Assembly: GCF_006345805.1 (NCBI RefSeq)
Contig: NC_043012.1
Span: forward strand, 38,564,001-38,628,000
DNA length: 64,000 nucleotides
DNA from: Octopus sinensis
Lineage: Eukaryota
Reading direction: 5' to 3'
The stretch's first letter is position 1, and each line of letters begins with the position of its first letter. The notes under the pieces are model-generated. The model saw only the letters and a program-made list of their open reading frames with translations, searched no databases and was not told where the DNA came from. Made by a program: the position numbers and the translations under genes. Positions 10,988 to 23,842 of this stretch are shown here, one piece after another.

Positions 10988-11157
10988 TATACGACGGGCT
11001 TCTTTTCAGTTTCTGTCTACCAAATCCACTCACAAGGCTCTGGTCGGTTGGAGGCTATAGTAGAAGACACATGCCCAAGGTGCAACGCGGTGGGACTGAT
11101 CCCAGAACTATGTGGTCAGTAAGCAACCTACTTACCACCCAGCCACTCCTGCGCCTA
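10686..11157 (-). mobile_element. Composite tRNA-derived SINE, full length
   Basis: Colinear with 9716-10104. Confidence 0.9.
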
Positions 11158-11456
11158 TGTTGACATTAGAGAAATTCTTGATTCGTGACGTTTCAGATAC
11201 AGCTGGTATCGCTTGCTATTTGGTAATTGTAGCACATCTTCTTGAAGATAATTCGAGTAAATGCAGAGTTTAGTTCGTATGCTTTCCGATGTGCTCCTAT
11301 TCGGTAATGTCCGAGGATGTCTTAGAAGTTCCAACTTGTTCACTTTTAACAAACTTAGAAGTTACTCTCAACCTTTTCACCATAATAGCTAATAAATATA
11401 CATACTTAACTAAAATATATTCAGGAATTCTTTAGTTTAATGCAAAGTTGTTTCTA

Positions 11457-11600
11457 TACGTGGGGGTGCTGCAAAATTTCTGGTTTTAAGGGTAACGCGG
11501 AAGGCCTGGCTGGAGGACCGACATTCCGAGTTCTTTTACGGGGCTTAGAAAAACTGAGGGACAGCTGCAATAAATGTATGAATCTGAGAGGGGAATATGG
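11457..11600 (+). mobile_element. Partial mariner-derived MITE
   Basis: Left TIR and 'GLEKLRDSCNKCMNLRGEY' (mariner C-terminus-like), homologous to 22831-23024. Confidence 0.65.
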
Positions 11601-11674
11601 TTTTCTTTTTATTTCATCTAGTTTCAGCTCACGAGCTGTGGCCATGCTGGGGCACCACCATTTAAAATAATTAA

Positions 11675-11756
11675 CGCTGCGAACAGGATTCGAACCTGTG
11701 AGGGCATCGCACATTGGATTTCGAGTCCAACGCCTTAACTACTCGGCCATCGCAGC
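11675..11756 (-). tRNA. tRNA-Ser-CGA: tRNA-Ser, anticodon CGA (82 nt, long variable arm); D-loop G18>A, possibly impaired
   Basis: GCTGCGA/TCGCAGC acceptor stem; TTGGA-CTCGAAA-TCCAA anticodon arm; ACAGG-TTCGAAT-CCTGT T arm; GCC/GGC D stem; TTTT terminator a few nt downstream. Confidence 0.9.
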
Positions 11757-12642
11757 ATCATAATAAATCGTAATAAACTGCTCCGCCGGTATTTTATTTT
11801 ACTCAAAGCCAGGAACTTTTCATCCCCCGCCCCCTCGTATTATTCGAAACTCTAGGATAGATCACTCCCAGAAATGATACCTCCATATGCATAATCTGCA
11901 TTTACACAACTGATTAGCCTGAGCGACTGCGTGTGAATATATATATAATATATATATATATATGTATATATATATATTATCTGTGTGTGCACATAAACGT
12001 AATGAAATATCTTCCGAATAGTTCTGGATCTCGTTAGCATTTAAGCATTTTATAATCAATCCTTATTTGTTTTCATTCAGAAATCTACATACTACTACTA
12101 CTACTACTACACACACACACACACAATCGACCTAGTGAAATACATTTATACAAGTGTGTACGTGTGTGTAAGTGTGTATGTGTGTGTGTGTGTGTTTGTG
12201 AGGATTTCTATATTTGTATTGGCTTCTTGTTGTTCGTTGCTCCTGTTTTTAGCCCAACCTGTCATTACCGTGTGTGTCGCTAATTGAAGAACTCATAACC
12301 GATCGACGCAAAATATCATATTCTGTTTTAAATAATCTATTTCCATCATATTTTCTCTGTCTTTTTATACTATTTCTGGGTGAGCTCCACATCCTCACAC
12401 ATTCTCTGTCTCCCTGTCTTTGTTCTCCACGTATATGCGTATGGATGTGTGTGCGTGTATGTGTTTGCGTGTGTGTTAGTGTTTATGTGTGTGTGTGTGT
12501 GTGATATACACTCATAGATCGTCGTCGCTATATATTGATATACATGGCAAATTAAAACTACAAACTACGAAGAAATTGAGAGCAACACAATATCTGGCAT
12601 GATCATGTATCGGTTCAGTGTGTGCATATTTACATCTATCTA

Positions 12643-12870
<228 letters not shown>

Positions 12871-12875
12871 ATAAT

Positions 12876-12907
<32 letters not shown>

Positions 12908-12912
12908 TATAG

Positions 12913-12984
<72 letters not shown>

Positions 12985-13557
12985 CTTTCTGTCTGTCTGT
13001 CTACCTATCTATTCATATATCTATCGTCTGCTTTACGTTTGTGTCGACTCTAATGATCTGCTGCATTTCTCTCAATTCAATAAAGTTTTCTCGTCACTTG
13101 CCTCGTCGGTCAAATTCTATCTCAGCAAAGAAATCTGGTTTGTTTATGTTGCTGTTTGCCGTTATTCATCGGAGGAGAATTGGTTATCTTTCCTGTTGTT
13201 TAAGCGTTTCCTCGCTAATTTCTGTTGTTTAAGCGTTTTCCTCGCTAATTTCTTCGACAGACATATCTGAGTAGCATTTATCCCAGCCTCCACAAGGGAC
13301 CATTTCTACAACGGTTCTCTGCCACTTAGTGTTTCGTATTAACTGTTGCCCTCACGACACAAATTCTGCAGTTTGTCTGTGTGCGGAGGAATTGGCAGTA
13401 GATTCACAAATATAAAAGACCGCCTGATTTTCTCATTTCAGATTTAGATTTTTGTCAAACAACATAAATACTTCAGTTTTTTTTTATTGTATTAGGAAAA
13501 ACTTATTTTAATATTAACAGCAATGAGAATGTTCAATTTTGTGAGGACAGTAGCGTG

Positions 13558-13950
13558 TGTATGTATGTATGTATGTATGTATGTATGTATGTATGTATGT
13601 ATGTATGTATGTATGTATGTATGTATGTATGTATGCATGTATGTATGTATGTATGTATGCATGCATATATGTATGTATGTATGTGTGTATGTATGTATGT
13701 GTGTGTATGTATGTATGTATGTGTGTGTGTATGTATGTATTCATGTATGTATGTATGTATGTATATATGTATGTATGTATGTAAGTATGTAAGTATGTAT
13801 GTATGTATGTATGTATGTGAGTGTGTATGTATGTATGTGTGTATGTATGTATGTGTATGTATGTATGTATGTATGTGTGTGTGTATGTATGTATGTATGT
13901 ATGTATGTATGTATGTATTGTATGTATGGTATGTATGTGTGCATGTATGT
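13558..13950. repeat. (TATG)n compound microsatellite
   Basis: Directly visible. Confidence 0.95.
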
Positions 13951-14971
13951 AGGTATACACACATACGTAACATATATTATGTAGCACACATATGCTTACA
14001 CCCATTCACTTTCGTTATGTCTTGCTCAATGGTTGTCTTCTCTTCCTGTTTCACTTCAAATATATTTCTCACATTCTTAATCATTCCTTCTATCCGGTTA
14101 TTTACATTTTCTCCTAAATTTTATTTACTTTTTCGATTTTCTTGATGCTACGTTTCTTTCTGGAAAACTCTTTTTCGATCATCCATCCCTCCGTCCATTC
14201 CTTCATTCTTCCTCATTTTCTTAATTCTCATGCAGTACAAGATCTCTCGTTCTTAATGTCTAACTCTCAACCTTCTACCATTATGAATATTGTGTAAATC
14301 TATTTCTTTGTAAATTTGCTATAACAACAACCATGATACTTATCTTCAACAGTATGGGAATCGGGGTTAGCCATCTTTGGGCCTTTAATTAGAGACGAAA
14401 CTAGTTGCTTCAATCTTCATTTGAACTAGGACCGTCGCTTTTATAGAACTTGTCTATTTTCAAACAAAAATGAAATACAGGTGTGTAAATAATAATCTAT
14501 TTCCGCAACAGCCACGCAGCAGGATCGATCCCAGCGCTCTTACCGTAAATACCTCCAACTATTGGGAACATTTCTATCTCCGGACTTGTACAGAAAAATT
14601 GGCTGATGGAAGATGTACAGGCTTGTCGTTTATATATATCGTATTTGCCAGTCGTGGTACAATCGGTGCATTAACAAAAGCGCTGCCATCAATTATTCCC
14701 GTTTTCTTCAGGCGTAATTTTCCTCTCATCTGTTTTGCGAGATTAAAAATAAAAAATTAAAGGGCCTTAGATTTGATATAAGTAAAACTGTTTAAAGCGG
14801 TGCCTGAAGCAGTGTATGTATGTATGTATGTACATATACAAACACAAAGATGTATATTATATACACATCCATACACACACAAACACAAACAACATAAATA
14901 TATGTGCATATGTGTATGTATAAATATATATGTATGTATCTGTATATATGTGTGTGTATTATATATATTAT

Positions 14972-15004
<33 letters not shown>

Positions 15005-15030
15005 ATATATATGTTATATATATTATATAG

Positions 15031-15063
<33 letters not shown>

Positions 15064-15204
15064 ATATATATATACATACATACATACATATATATATGTA
15101 TATATATATATAAACTCTGCATTTTAGAATTTCTCCGTTCACATTCCTTTTATTAATGTACTTATGTACTTACAGGTCTTCAAGCGAACTACAACGCCCA
15201 TCTT

Positions 15205-15278
<74 letters not shown>

Positions 15279-15399
15279 TATACATATATGCATATGATGT
15301 GTGAGGTTTCTGAGGATAACTCGTTGAAAGTTTCTGACTTGCTTATTTTTGTTCGCCTTATTTTTCAGATAAAGGATGTCAGGTATCAGGTTGACTCAG

Positions 15400-15985
15400 C
15401 AAAAGAAAATCGCACAGTGTCGTCATTCCTTTAAAATCGCGGCATAGTGATACACGCACATTTCACTTCCTTCGTATTCAAAGTTTGAAAAGTGCCTGGA
15501 AGTTGCCGATTTAGAGACTAGCAACAGTTTAACGTAAAATGCATGGAGAGGCTACGAATACCACCAGAACAGAAAGCTTTGTAGAAAAAGTACGAAAAAT
15601 AATCGATAAAAATTACAAAACCTTAATCAGAGACTTTACAAAGAAACTGATGTTTTCAAAATGCACCATGAAAAAGAGTTATATACAAGATCATCGGAAA
15701 TAACTTGTATGTAAAGCGGATATATCAGGTTATGTTGGGTGTGACAAGAGAAATTCGTTCGATCCGAGAAAAACGCTTTCCAAATAAGATAAACTACCAA
15801 AAGTTTTCTCCGATGACAAAAACATCTACCTGGACCAAAAATTCTGCCTGGACCAAAATATAAAGCAAATGAAAGACGTGTTTACCAAATGTAAATCAAA
15901 TGAAAGACCCGAATAAGACTTCAATAGCTAAGTTCTCAGCAACTGTGATTGTTCTGGAAGTCGTCAGCAACGAGAGAGGTGATAT
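15400..15985 (+). pseudogene. Degraded Tc1/mariner-superfamily transposase remnant
   Basis: 'KFSATVIVLEVVSNERGD' near the 3' end resembles the KFPA.VMVLGVVS..G motif of Tc1/mariner transposases; many stops and frameshifts. Confidence 0.5.
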
Positions 15986-15996
15986 ATATATACATA

Positions 15997-16040
<44 letters not shown>

Positions 16041-16064
16041 TATATATATATATTATATATATTT

Positions 16065-16133
16065 ATTATATAGAGTACCTTATTATATTGAGTACCTTAT
16101 TTACTGTGGTTAACCCCGAATCAACCCGGGACC

Positions 16134-16137
<4 letters not shown>
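16065..16137 (+). mobile_element. 3'-terminal fragment of the 8719/54000 PLE-type family, ending in (TA)n
   Basis: GAGTACCTTATTTACTGTGGTTAACCCCGAATCAACCCGGGACCTACA, with a 12-bp duplication of GAGTACCTTATT upstream. Confidence 0.8.
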
Positions 16138-16187
<50 letters not shown>

Positions 16188-16192
<5 letters not shown>

Positions 16193-16582
16193 TTGCGTAA
16201 TGAGATAAATAACCAAGGTTGTGTAGATATTAGAACATTTATAGATATGTCTTACAGCTGTTTCCAGGATATTTATTAATTAATTCCGTTCATCGGAGAG
16301 GGTGTGGGAGGATGATTAAGTCATAGTTAGTTTAGATGTGGTACAAAATAGAGAGTGAGGTAGAGGAAAGAAAATAGATGTAAGATATGTATGGATATTG
16401 AAGTTGTAAATCCATTTTTTTTAGGCAGAATGGTATATATGCAATATTCCAATATCTTATGAATAAAGTCCAAAAGTCCAACAGAGTTTAAAATGGGTCC
16501 TTCCAAATATAGAGTTTATACACAATGTAAGATTCCCTTATGAGTGGGATCCAGCAGTTTTTAAACTTGGTCATTCCAAGTT
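16188..16582 (-). mobile_element. PLE-type terminal remnant with a degenerate type I hammerhead at 16250-16299
   Basis: UCU-CCGAUGA-[II]-GAA-ACAGCUGU-A-AGA: U4>C, palindromic helix III; tail ends in (TA)n. Confidence 0.55.
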
Positions 16583-16603
16583 TTATATATATATATATAT
16601 ATA

Positions 16604-17030
16604 CAAAGGTTGTCGTCGACTTACGACCACAATTTGGTTCCGACTGACTGGTCGTAAGTCGATTTGGTCGTATGTCGGCCCACAAGCCTACATAGCTTTA
16701 ATTTTATATTTTTACATTCTTGAGGTACATTCTCAGTAACACACAGAACACACAGCATTCTGCATTATACTATTATACTGGCGTTAGTCAAGAATTTTGG
16801 AGTCTCAAGCAGTCGTCTTATAAACAAATGCGAACTTGCCTCGCTGTCCCCTTAAAAGAATAGTCATCCAACACAAAGGCGATCGATAACACTTTAGGGG
16901 AAGCGTTTGTTAGGTGACATCATTAGATTCCAGTTGGATTATTTATTATTGATGCCGGGAGCTGGCGCGCCAATCGTTGTATATTCGATCGGTCGGAAGT
17001 CGCATAAGGTCGGAAGTCGACGACGACCTG
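16604..17030. mobile_element. pogo/Tigger-type MITE with TA target duplication
   Basis: TA-CAAAGGTTGTCGTCGACTTACGACC ... GGTCGGAAGTCGACGACGACCTG-TA terminal inverted repeats, plus internal repeats of the CGACTTACGACC motif. Confidence 0.8.
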
Positions 17031-17063
17031 TATGTGTATATATATATATGCATACATACATGC

Positions 17064-17126
<63 letters not shown>

Positions 17127-17129
17127 CTC

Positions 17130-17290
17130 GACGGGTTTCTTCCAGCTTCCCGTCAGGCAAAGCCACTTAACATTGAATTATAGGCCCGAGAATATAGTAG
17201 TAGACGCTTGCCTAAGATACTACACTGTACGACTGAACCCGGAGCTATGTGGTTGCGATATACACGTCTTGCCATACACGCAGGCCTGCA
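17130..17290 (-). mobile_element. Degenerate 5' half of the composite SINE
   Basis: CGACGGGTTTCTTCCAG...AGTAGACGCTTGCCTAAG...GACTGAACCCGG...ATGTGGTTG. Confidence 0.65.
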
Positions 17291-17357
17291 CACACACCAC
17301 ACTCATAGATATATGTATGCATGTATGTATGTATGTATATATCTATCTATCTATCTA

Positions 17358-17407
<50 letters not shown>

Positions 17408-17497
17408 TATATGTATATATATATACATATATATATATAATATATATATATATATAATATATATATATACTTTATTTAAGCAGCAGAAAATTCAACA

Positions 17498-17537
17498 ATT
17501 GTTACTCTGAGTTTCTCGTTGCCGTTCATCAGACAGT
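17498..17537 (-). ncRNA. Minimal type I hammerhead motif (PLE-type terminus 17470-17555)
   Basis: AcUGU-CUGAUGA-aCGgcaaCGa-GAA-ACUCAGAGU-A-ACAaU; tail ends in (TA)n about 30 nt downstream. Confidence 0.7.
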
Positions 17538-17768
17538 TTTTGCTAGAATGGAACATATATATTAATTCAATCTATACTCTTACAACGCTACACTTTAAAA
17601 AGAAATGGACTTGTTTGATTGGCCCTTAGAAAAAACGGTCAATCTTCGAGCGATAAACAAAAAGGTCAAAAATATATGTATATATATATATATAATATAT
17701 ATATATATTATATATATATATATGCATACATACATGCGTATATATATATATATGCATACATACATGCG

Positions 17769-17931
<163 letters not shown>

Positions 17932-18201
17932 GTAAACAAACTAATGTTTGAAAATTACTATTTCTAAATCTCACACCGTGAGATATTCGGCAACAGTACT
18001 TTGTAGTAAAGATTGTTTGCCAAATTAACATGGCGTTCTTGGTTTAGGACTCATTTTGTTGTAATTTCACCCCAGGAGACAGCGTCTCGCTATACGAAAT
18101 CGTAATTTCCTAATTTATATATCAGTGACTAGTTGTTACTTTGAAAACTATATATTTCGAACGGGAATTTGGCAGCGCCACCTCTAACCGAACAATTATT
18201 T

Positions 18202-18242
18202 TGTGCTGATGAAGGGAAATAACGCAGAAATCGCGATACACA
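18202..18242 (+). ncRNA. Minimal type I hammerhead motif with a fully palindromic helix III
   Basis: UGUG-CUGAUGA-agggaaauaacgca-GAA-AUCGCGAU-A-CACA. Confidence 0.7.
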
Positions 18243-18615
18243 GATGATGTTTTGAGATGAGTGAGGGTGCTAGATCGGTTCCTATACACTGATCGTGTCG
18301 TAGCCAGCTGGAGGAGATGTTTCCTGGGACTAAATTACAGCAACATTAGTCCTAAACAAGGAATTCCACGTTATGTAATAATTTAGGTAATAATTTACTT
18401 TCAAACGCAGAAACGTTGATAGAACATCAGCGAGAGGATAAAATGTCAACGGGCAGTTTAGCTTAATTGCTAAAGTACTTGACCCATAATGAAAGGGATG
18501 GGATGTCGTGTTTCGTGGCTGGTTATTGACAAATGTTTCCGCTTTATATGGATATTTTATCTTGTCTCTGCTGTTCTATAAGCATTTCTGCTCTCGGAAA
18601 TAAATTACCATCTTG

Positions 18616-18680
<65 letters not shown>

Positions 18681-18743
18681 ATCTATCTATCTATCTACCT
18701 ATCTATCTATATAATTATGACAAACGCAAGTTCATATTTGTTC

Positions 18744-18843
18744 CCTCCTTACATTTCGCCATTGTGGCTATTTACAGCTTATTCCAAATTGGATGTCGCA
18801 AGTGCAATTGGAAGTTGCACCACAAACAGATCATCAGAGGAAG
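18744..18843 (-). ncRNA. Possible degenerate type I hammerhead with a long helix II insert
   Basis: CUUCCU-CUGAUGA-[73 nt containing UUGUGG/CCACAA and GUGCAA/UUGCAC]-GAA-AUGU-A-AGGAGG. Confidence 0.4.
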
Positions 18844-20107
18844 AATTCTTCATGCTACTTGAAGCGTATTGGATGATAATTCTCTGGGTTGAGGTCTGAA
18901 CTCAACAGTAGCAATTGTACACAATATGGCACATACAAGATAATCTGTCTGCCTGTCTATCTGTATATGCGTATTGCTGTATGTACGCCTATGTTTGTGT
19001 ATGTATATGTGTACGTACATGTGTAGGTATGTAAATATCTGTAGGTGTGTTTGTTAATATCTATATATATGTATGTGTGTGTATAGGCATATGTATAAAG
19101 ATGTATATGTGTGTATGTTTGTGTGTTTGCGTATATACTTTTAAGATTGCCCCTGCGTAGATAAAATAGCAGTTACATAATTCGGTTTTCTTCATTCTCT
19201 GACATCCTTCTCATGACATATTACCACCACATATCCAACATTAGCCACAATATCAAGCTTCTGCCCAAATCAATTATTATTCTTCCTACACTGGAGTAAA
19301 CATTTAGGAACAATACCTACAGAGAAAATTAGGAAGCATTATGCCAAATATAGAAGATGGCAGAGATATCGTTGACGAATTTATTAACACTTCTTTTTAA
19401 ATTGTAACTGTTTTACGTTTACTTGAAACTTCATTTTCCTTGCTACTCATCCTATTCACTTATATATATTTTCTTTAAAGATTTCCATTTCTATTTCTCT
19501 GAACACAAAAGGGAACGCATTGTAATTTCCTTAATAAAATATGAAAAAAATCCGTCAATATTTCATACTTGTAAAATATAGATACATTGTTCTTTAGTAT
19601 TATATAAAGCTCTTAAAATGTTTGTATGCCTTCCTGCATTGCACACACATTCAGTCCGTTACTCGCAAACTATACATTTGCTCAACAAACACACACACAC
19701 ATGCGCACAGTTTACTTAAGAGAATTTCTCTCTTGTTTCTTCCCTTTCACACTGTTTCACAACGTGTTTCTACGTATCTTTTTCTCTCGTTCATATTCTA
19801 ACATTTCTGTTTAAATGTTCTCTCCTTTTATCCAACCAATTATCTCTCCCCCTTTATCGCCCACTCTCTAACACTTTCTTCTCTCTTATTCTGTCACTCT
19901 TCACTCATTAGACTCCACATTATTTCTTCAACAATTTTCTTTTCTTTCGGTTTCAAAACAACTAAACAATTATTTCTACATTCACCTTTTCCTTCCATAT
20001 ATCATTCTATGCACACGTATAAACTTACAAATACACACATACCAGATACACACACGCACACTCACACACACTCACACCAGTGTGTAAATATGTATTTATA
20101 AATAAAT

Positions 20108-20176
<69 letters not shown>

Positions 20177-20180
20177 ATTA

Positions 20181-20409
20181 TTTCTTTATTGCCCACAGGG
20201 GGCTAAACATGGAGGGAACAAACAAGGACAGACAACGGGATTAAGTTGATTACATCCACCCTAGTACGTAACTGGTACTTATTTAATCGAGCCCGAAAGG
20301 ATGAAAGGCAAAGTCGACCTTGGTGGAATTAGAACTCAGAACGTCACAACAGACGAAATATCGCTAAACATTTCGCCTGGCGTGCTAACGATTCTGCCAG
20401 CTCGCCGCC
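20181..20409 (-). mobile_element. tRNA-derived SINE, family B (MetaSINE-like central domain)
   Basis: Minus strand GGCGGCGAGCTGGCAGAATCGTTAGCACGCC...CTGAGTTC...CTTTGCCTTTCATCCTTTCGGG.TCGATTAAATAAGTACCAG...AATAAAGAAAT. Confidence 0.85.
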
Positions 20410-20429
20410 CAATATATATGTGTATGTAT

Positions 20430-20488
<59 letters not shown>

Positions 20489-21395
20489 GTGTGTGTGTGT
20501 ATGTATATAGTATTTTAAATAACAGATTATCTTACGCAGACGAGTCAAAATTATATATATATATAAGAGAACATAAAGTTGGAGAATATGTTGGTATTAT
20601 TTATTAACCATCACACATGTTTCATTTGCTAACATGAATTACAGAGTTTAATAGTTAGAAATGTTTCAGAGAAATTAAATAATATACATACGTTAAGTAT
20701 CAAATTAGTAATGATTTTAATTTTGAGTTGCTTCTGTTGTATGATTCGAAATTTATCATACAATTAAACAAATTATTTGGAGATTTCTTCATAATTATCG
20801 CTCTAATGGAAAATGTAAATCGTGTGGCACGAGCAATATTCAAATAGAGAATATTATTCATTAATTTCGTTTCACAATAGATTCTGACGGGAATTCGACA
20901 TCATGCCTTCACTTCCAACTAATAGCTGCCCAAGAAGAACATATGAAGAACATAGATGAACTTTTCGATTTCAAATAATATTCAGTAAAATTACGTTCTT
21001 TCGTCTTAATTGGGAATATTTTCGCCACTCGCCTCTGTGACTTATTTCTCTTAGTTCAACTTTAAATAATACAAATTACATCGTGTTTGCAAAATTCAAG
21101 TTTGGATAACTGCTGTGCCAAGGAAGCCTACTGAGGGGAAAACACGTAACTACAATTATCGCTTTGTATTAAAGAATCAGCCCTTTCTTTAACAGTATGC
21201 TAATTTCGAAGAATTCTTGGTTCTTGAGATTCGATTTTTATTTTGGAGTTCATCGTTATTACAAGACATATAGTTTTCTCAGAGAGAGGTTACAGGGAAT
21301 TTGTTTGTTTATAGAAAGTTTATTTTGCACTTAATATACATTAATTCATCTTTATTGGGGCTTTCAGAGAGAGATAGATCGATCGATAGATAAAT

Positions 21396-21430
<35 letters not shown>

Positions 21431-22830
21431 GGGAGAGAGAGGGAGAGAGAGAGAGAGAGTTAGAGTGAGGGCATTGGGGCGACAGTGTTAGCCATCGAAG
21501 TTCAGAAGTCAAAAGGTAGCAGGTCGAAAGGGCGAAGTCACTGTCAGCCCCCTTCTTGTAAAAGTATAATAAATATAATGAAAATGTACTCTAGAAACAG
21601 TATTGAGTGATTCTTTAGTTAAATGTCAAAATGTTTGTATTACAGAGAAACATGTATATGTGTGCGTGTATACAAATATATATATGTATATCTATGTGTG
21701 TGTATATGTATTCGTGTATGTATATATGTATGTATTTATGTATGCGTGTGTGTGTTTATGTATATGTATGTGTGTGTATATGTATGTATGTGTATGTATG
21801 TGTATATGTATATATATGTATAGTATGTGTGTGTGCATGTATAATAGGCATCTAGAGGAAACTCGCTGCCTCGATCTTTAGTTAGATGGTTGCAAATTTC
21901 CAGGTATTTCTGTTTGTGAGTAGTTAGGGTACGTGCAGCATGATGAGTTATGTTCCAAAATAATTAAAATTCTTTTCGAAAAAAGATAAGAAAATTACGG
22001 AAGCGCATTGACGTTATCGTTAAAGCAATTGCCATGAGCTATTTCTTGAATTGGCTGTGTCAGTGAATATACCATCAAATATCCGAGATTATTTCATTAA
22101 CGACAGTCTATAATTAACGATAAGTCTAATGGGTTAATTTATTGAGTATAAATCCATGAGTATCTGTGGTTTGGAAGAGCAGGGGGGAACTCACGCGTTG
22201 ATCAAGAGCTCACAGTAAGAGAGCAGATTCCAAACAGCAAATGAATGCCATGTATTTCAACATCGCTACCGCATCAATGAGTTACCCCAAGGGTGGTTGT
22301 TCTGTTTACTAGAAATAGAAGCCAAATTTTCCTGAAATTGCTTCTTGTATTTAAAATTGGGAAAATTGCATATCATATTCATAGTTGCACTATCACAGGA
22401 AGAAAGCAACATTAAGAACGACTGTCCTTTACAGGTGACCTGGGGTTAAACAGCATCACCATCAATGCGGGTACATCTACGTTGTCAGCTATCTGCTTGA
22501 AATAGCAAGTGAATCGCTTACGTTACACAAAACTCTATTAAAAGTTTCACATTTGATAATACGAAACTACATTAAATATGGCGACATAAAAGACGGAAAG
22601 ATCACAGCAATGATTGCCTTGACTAAGTTCGTGTTTGATCAGGGCTCGACTAGATATAAAGAACAACACCAAGAACAGCACCGCCACAAACGAGTGGAAG
22701 CAAAAGCATTACTTTCTCAGACAAACGGCCACACAAAACAGCAGAGATATGAGAAGGGAAATACAACCAAGCAAAATGGATTGCTTCCCGATTTGCTAAA
22801 AACAACAGTCTAATGTAGACAAATGTATTA

Positions 22831-23023
22831 CGAGGGACGGCTGAAGTGTTCCTGGCTTTAAGGGTATCACTAAAGGATCAACCTTCCTAGTTCTTTTACA
22901 GTGCTTAAAAAACTGAAGGACCGCTGCAATAAGTGAATCCGAGAGGGGAATATGTTGAATGAAATCGTAATTAACTACTCCATCTGTATTCTCTTAAAGC
23001 CATGAACTTCTCAGCATCTCTTC

Positions 23024-23024
<1 letters not shown>
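22831..23024. mobile_element. Mariner-derived MITE (about 195 bp) with TA target duplication
   Basis: TA-CGAGGGACGGCTGAAGTGTTCCTGGCTTTAAG versus the reverse complement of the right end, TA-CGAAGAGATGCTGAGAAGTTCATGGCTTTAAG. Confidence 0.8.
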
Positions 23025-23106
<82 letters not shown>

Positions 23107-23733
23107 TGTCTGTATCGTACGATATTCATTCGACGTTTCTGAAAATCAAATGTAAGTTTGTTTATATACACTAACTTACATTTCCAAACGCTATGAATTT
23201 AGCGCTTAAAAAATGCGCAAGTGTTGTCAGTGGGCATTTTAGCTTAATAGTAAAGCAATCTACCAGCGTAAGGGTAACAATACCTAATTCTCCTGCTGTT
23301 GTAAAGGCGATTCTGCGTTCGAAATATCACTTTTCTTTTATCTCTATCGTACGATTGACGTTCGATGCTTCTAGAAAGCAAATGTAAGTTTGTTTATATA
23401 CACTCGTGGTTGTTATAGTCACAGTAGAATTTGATATTTGGGAACATTTTACGCATCATTCGTCTCCCCGGCACAATTCCAAGTTTCTATTTTTGTGAAC
23501 TTCCTACTGATAGCAGACTTTTAGATGCAGTACCAAAAACACTTGACAATTAAATACCATCACGTCCATATTTTCCTCGATAATGCAGCAAGCGAAAAAT
23601 TTATTATTAGGGGGACCGCTTATGGCTCTTTTCTCAACAACGTCAACATCATCCACTGAAGTGCCGTCGGTGAGTTCACGAGATGGAGTCTTAGTTTTGC
23701 CATGTCAGTGTATCATGGCATAATCATGATCTC

Positions 23734-23785
<52 letters not shown>

Positions 23786-23799
23786 TCTCTCTCTCTATC

Positions 23800-23842
<43 letters not shown>

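Noticed and set aside
13190-13252. 28-bp tandem duplication CTGTTGTTTAAGCGTTTCCTCGCTAATT
   Set aside because: Two units only; ordinary slippage, not a CRISPR-like array.
14378-14767. Possible MITE bounded by GGCC(C)TTTAATT inverted repeats
   Set aside because: Only about 11 bp of AT-rich match, no target duplication and no second copy.
18840-18899. 'LLEAYWM' resembling the end of a PLE GIY-YIG domain
   Set aside because: Too short, and on the strand opposite the adjacent hammerhead-like motif. The similar hints at 16488-16580 and 43230-43300 are equally weak.
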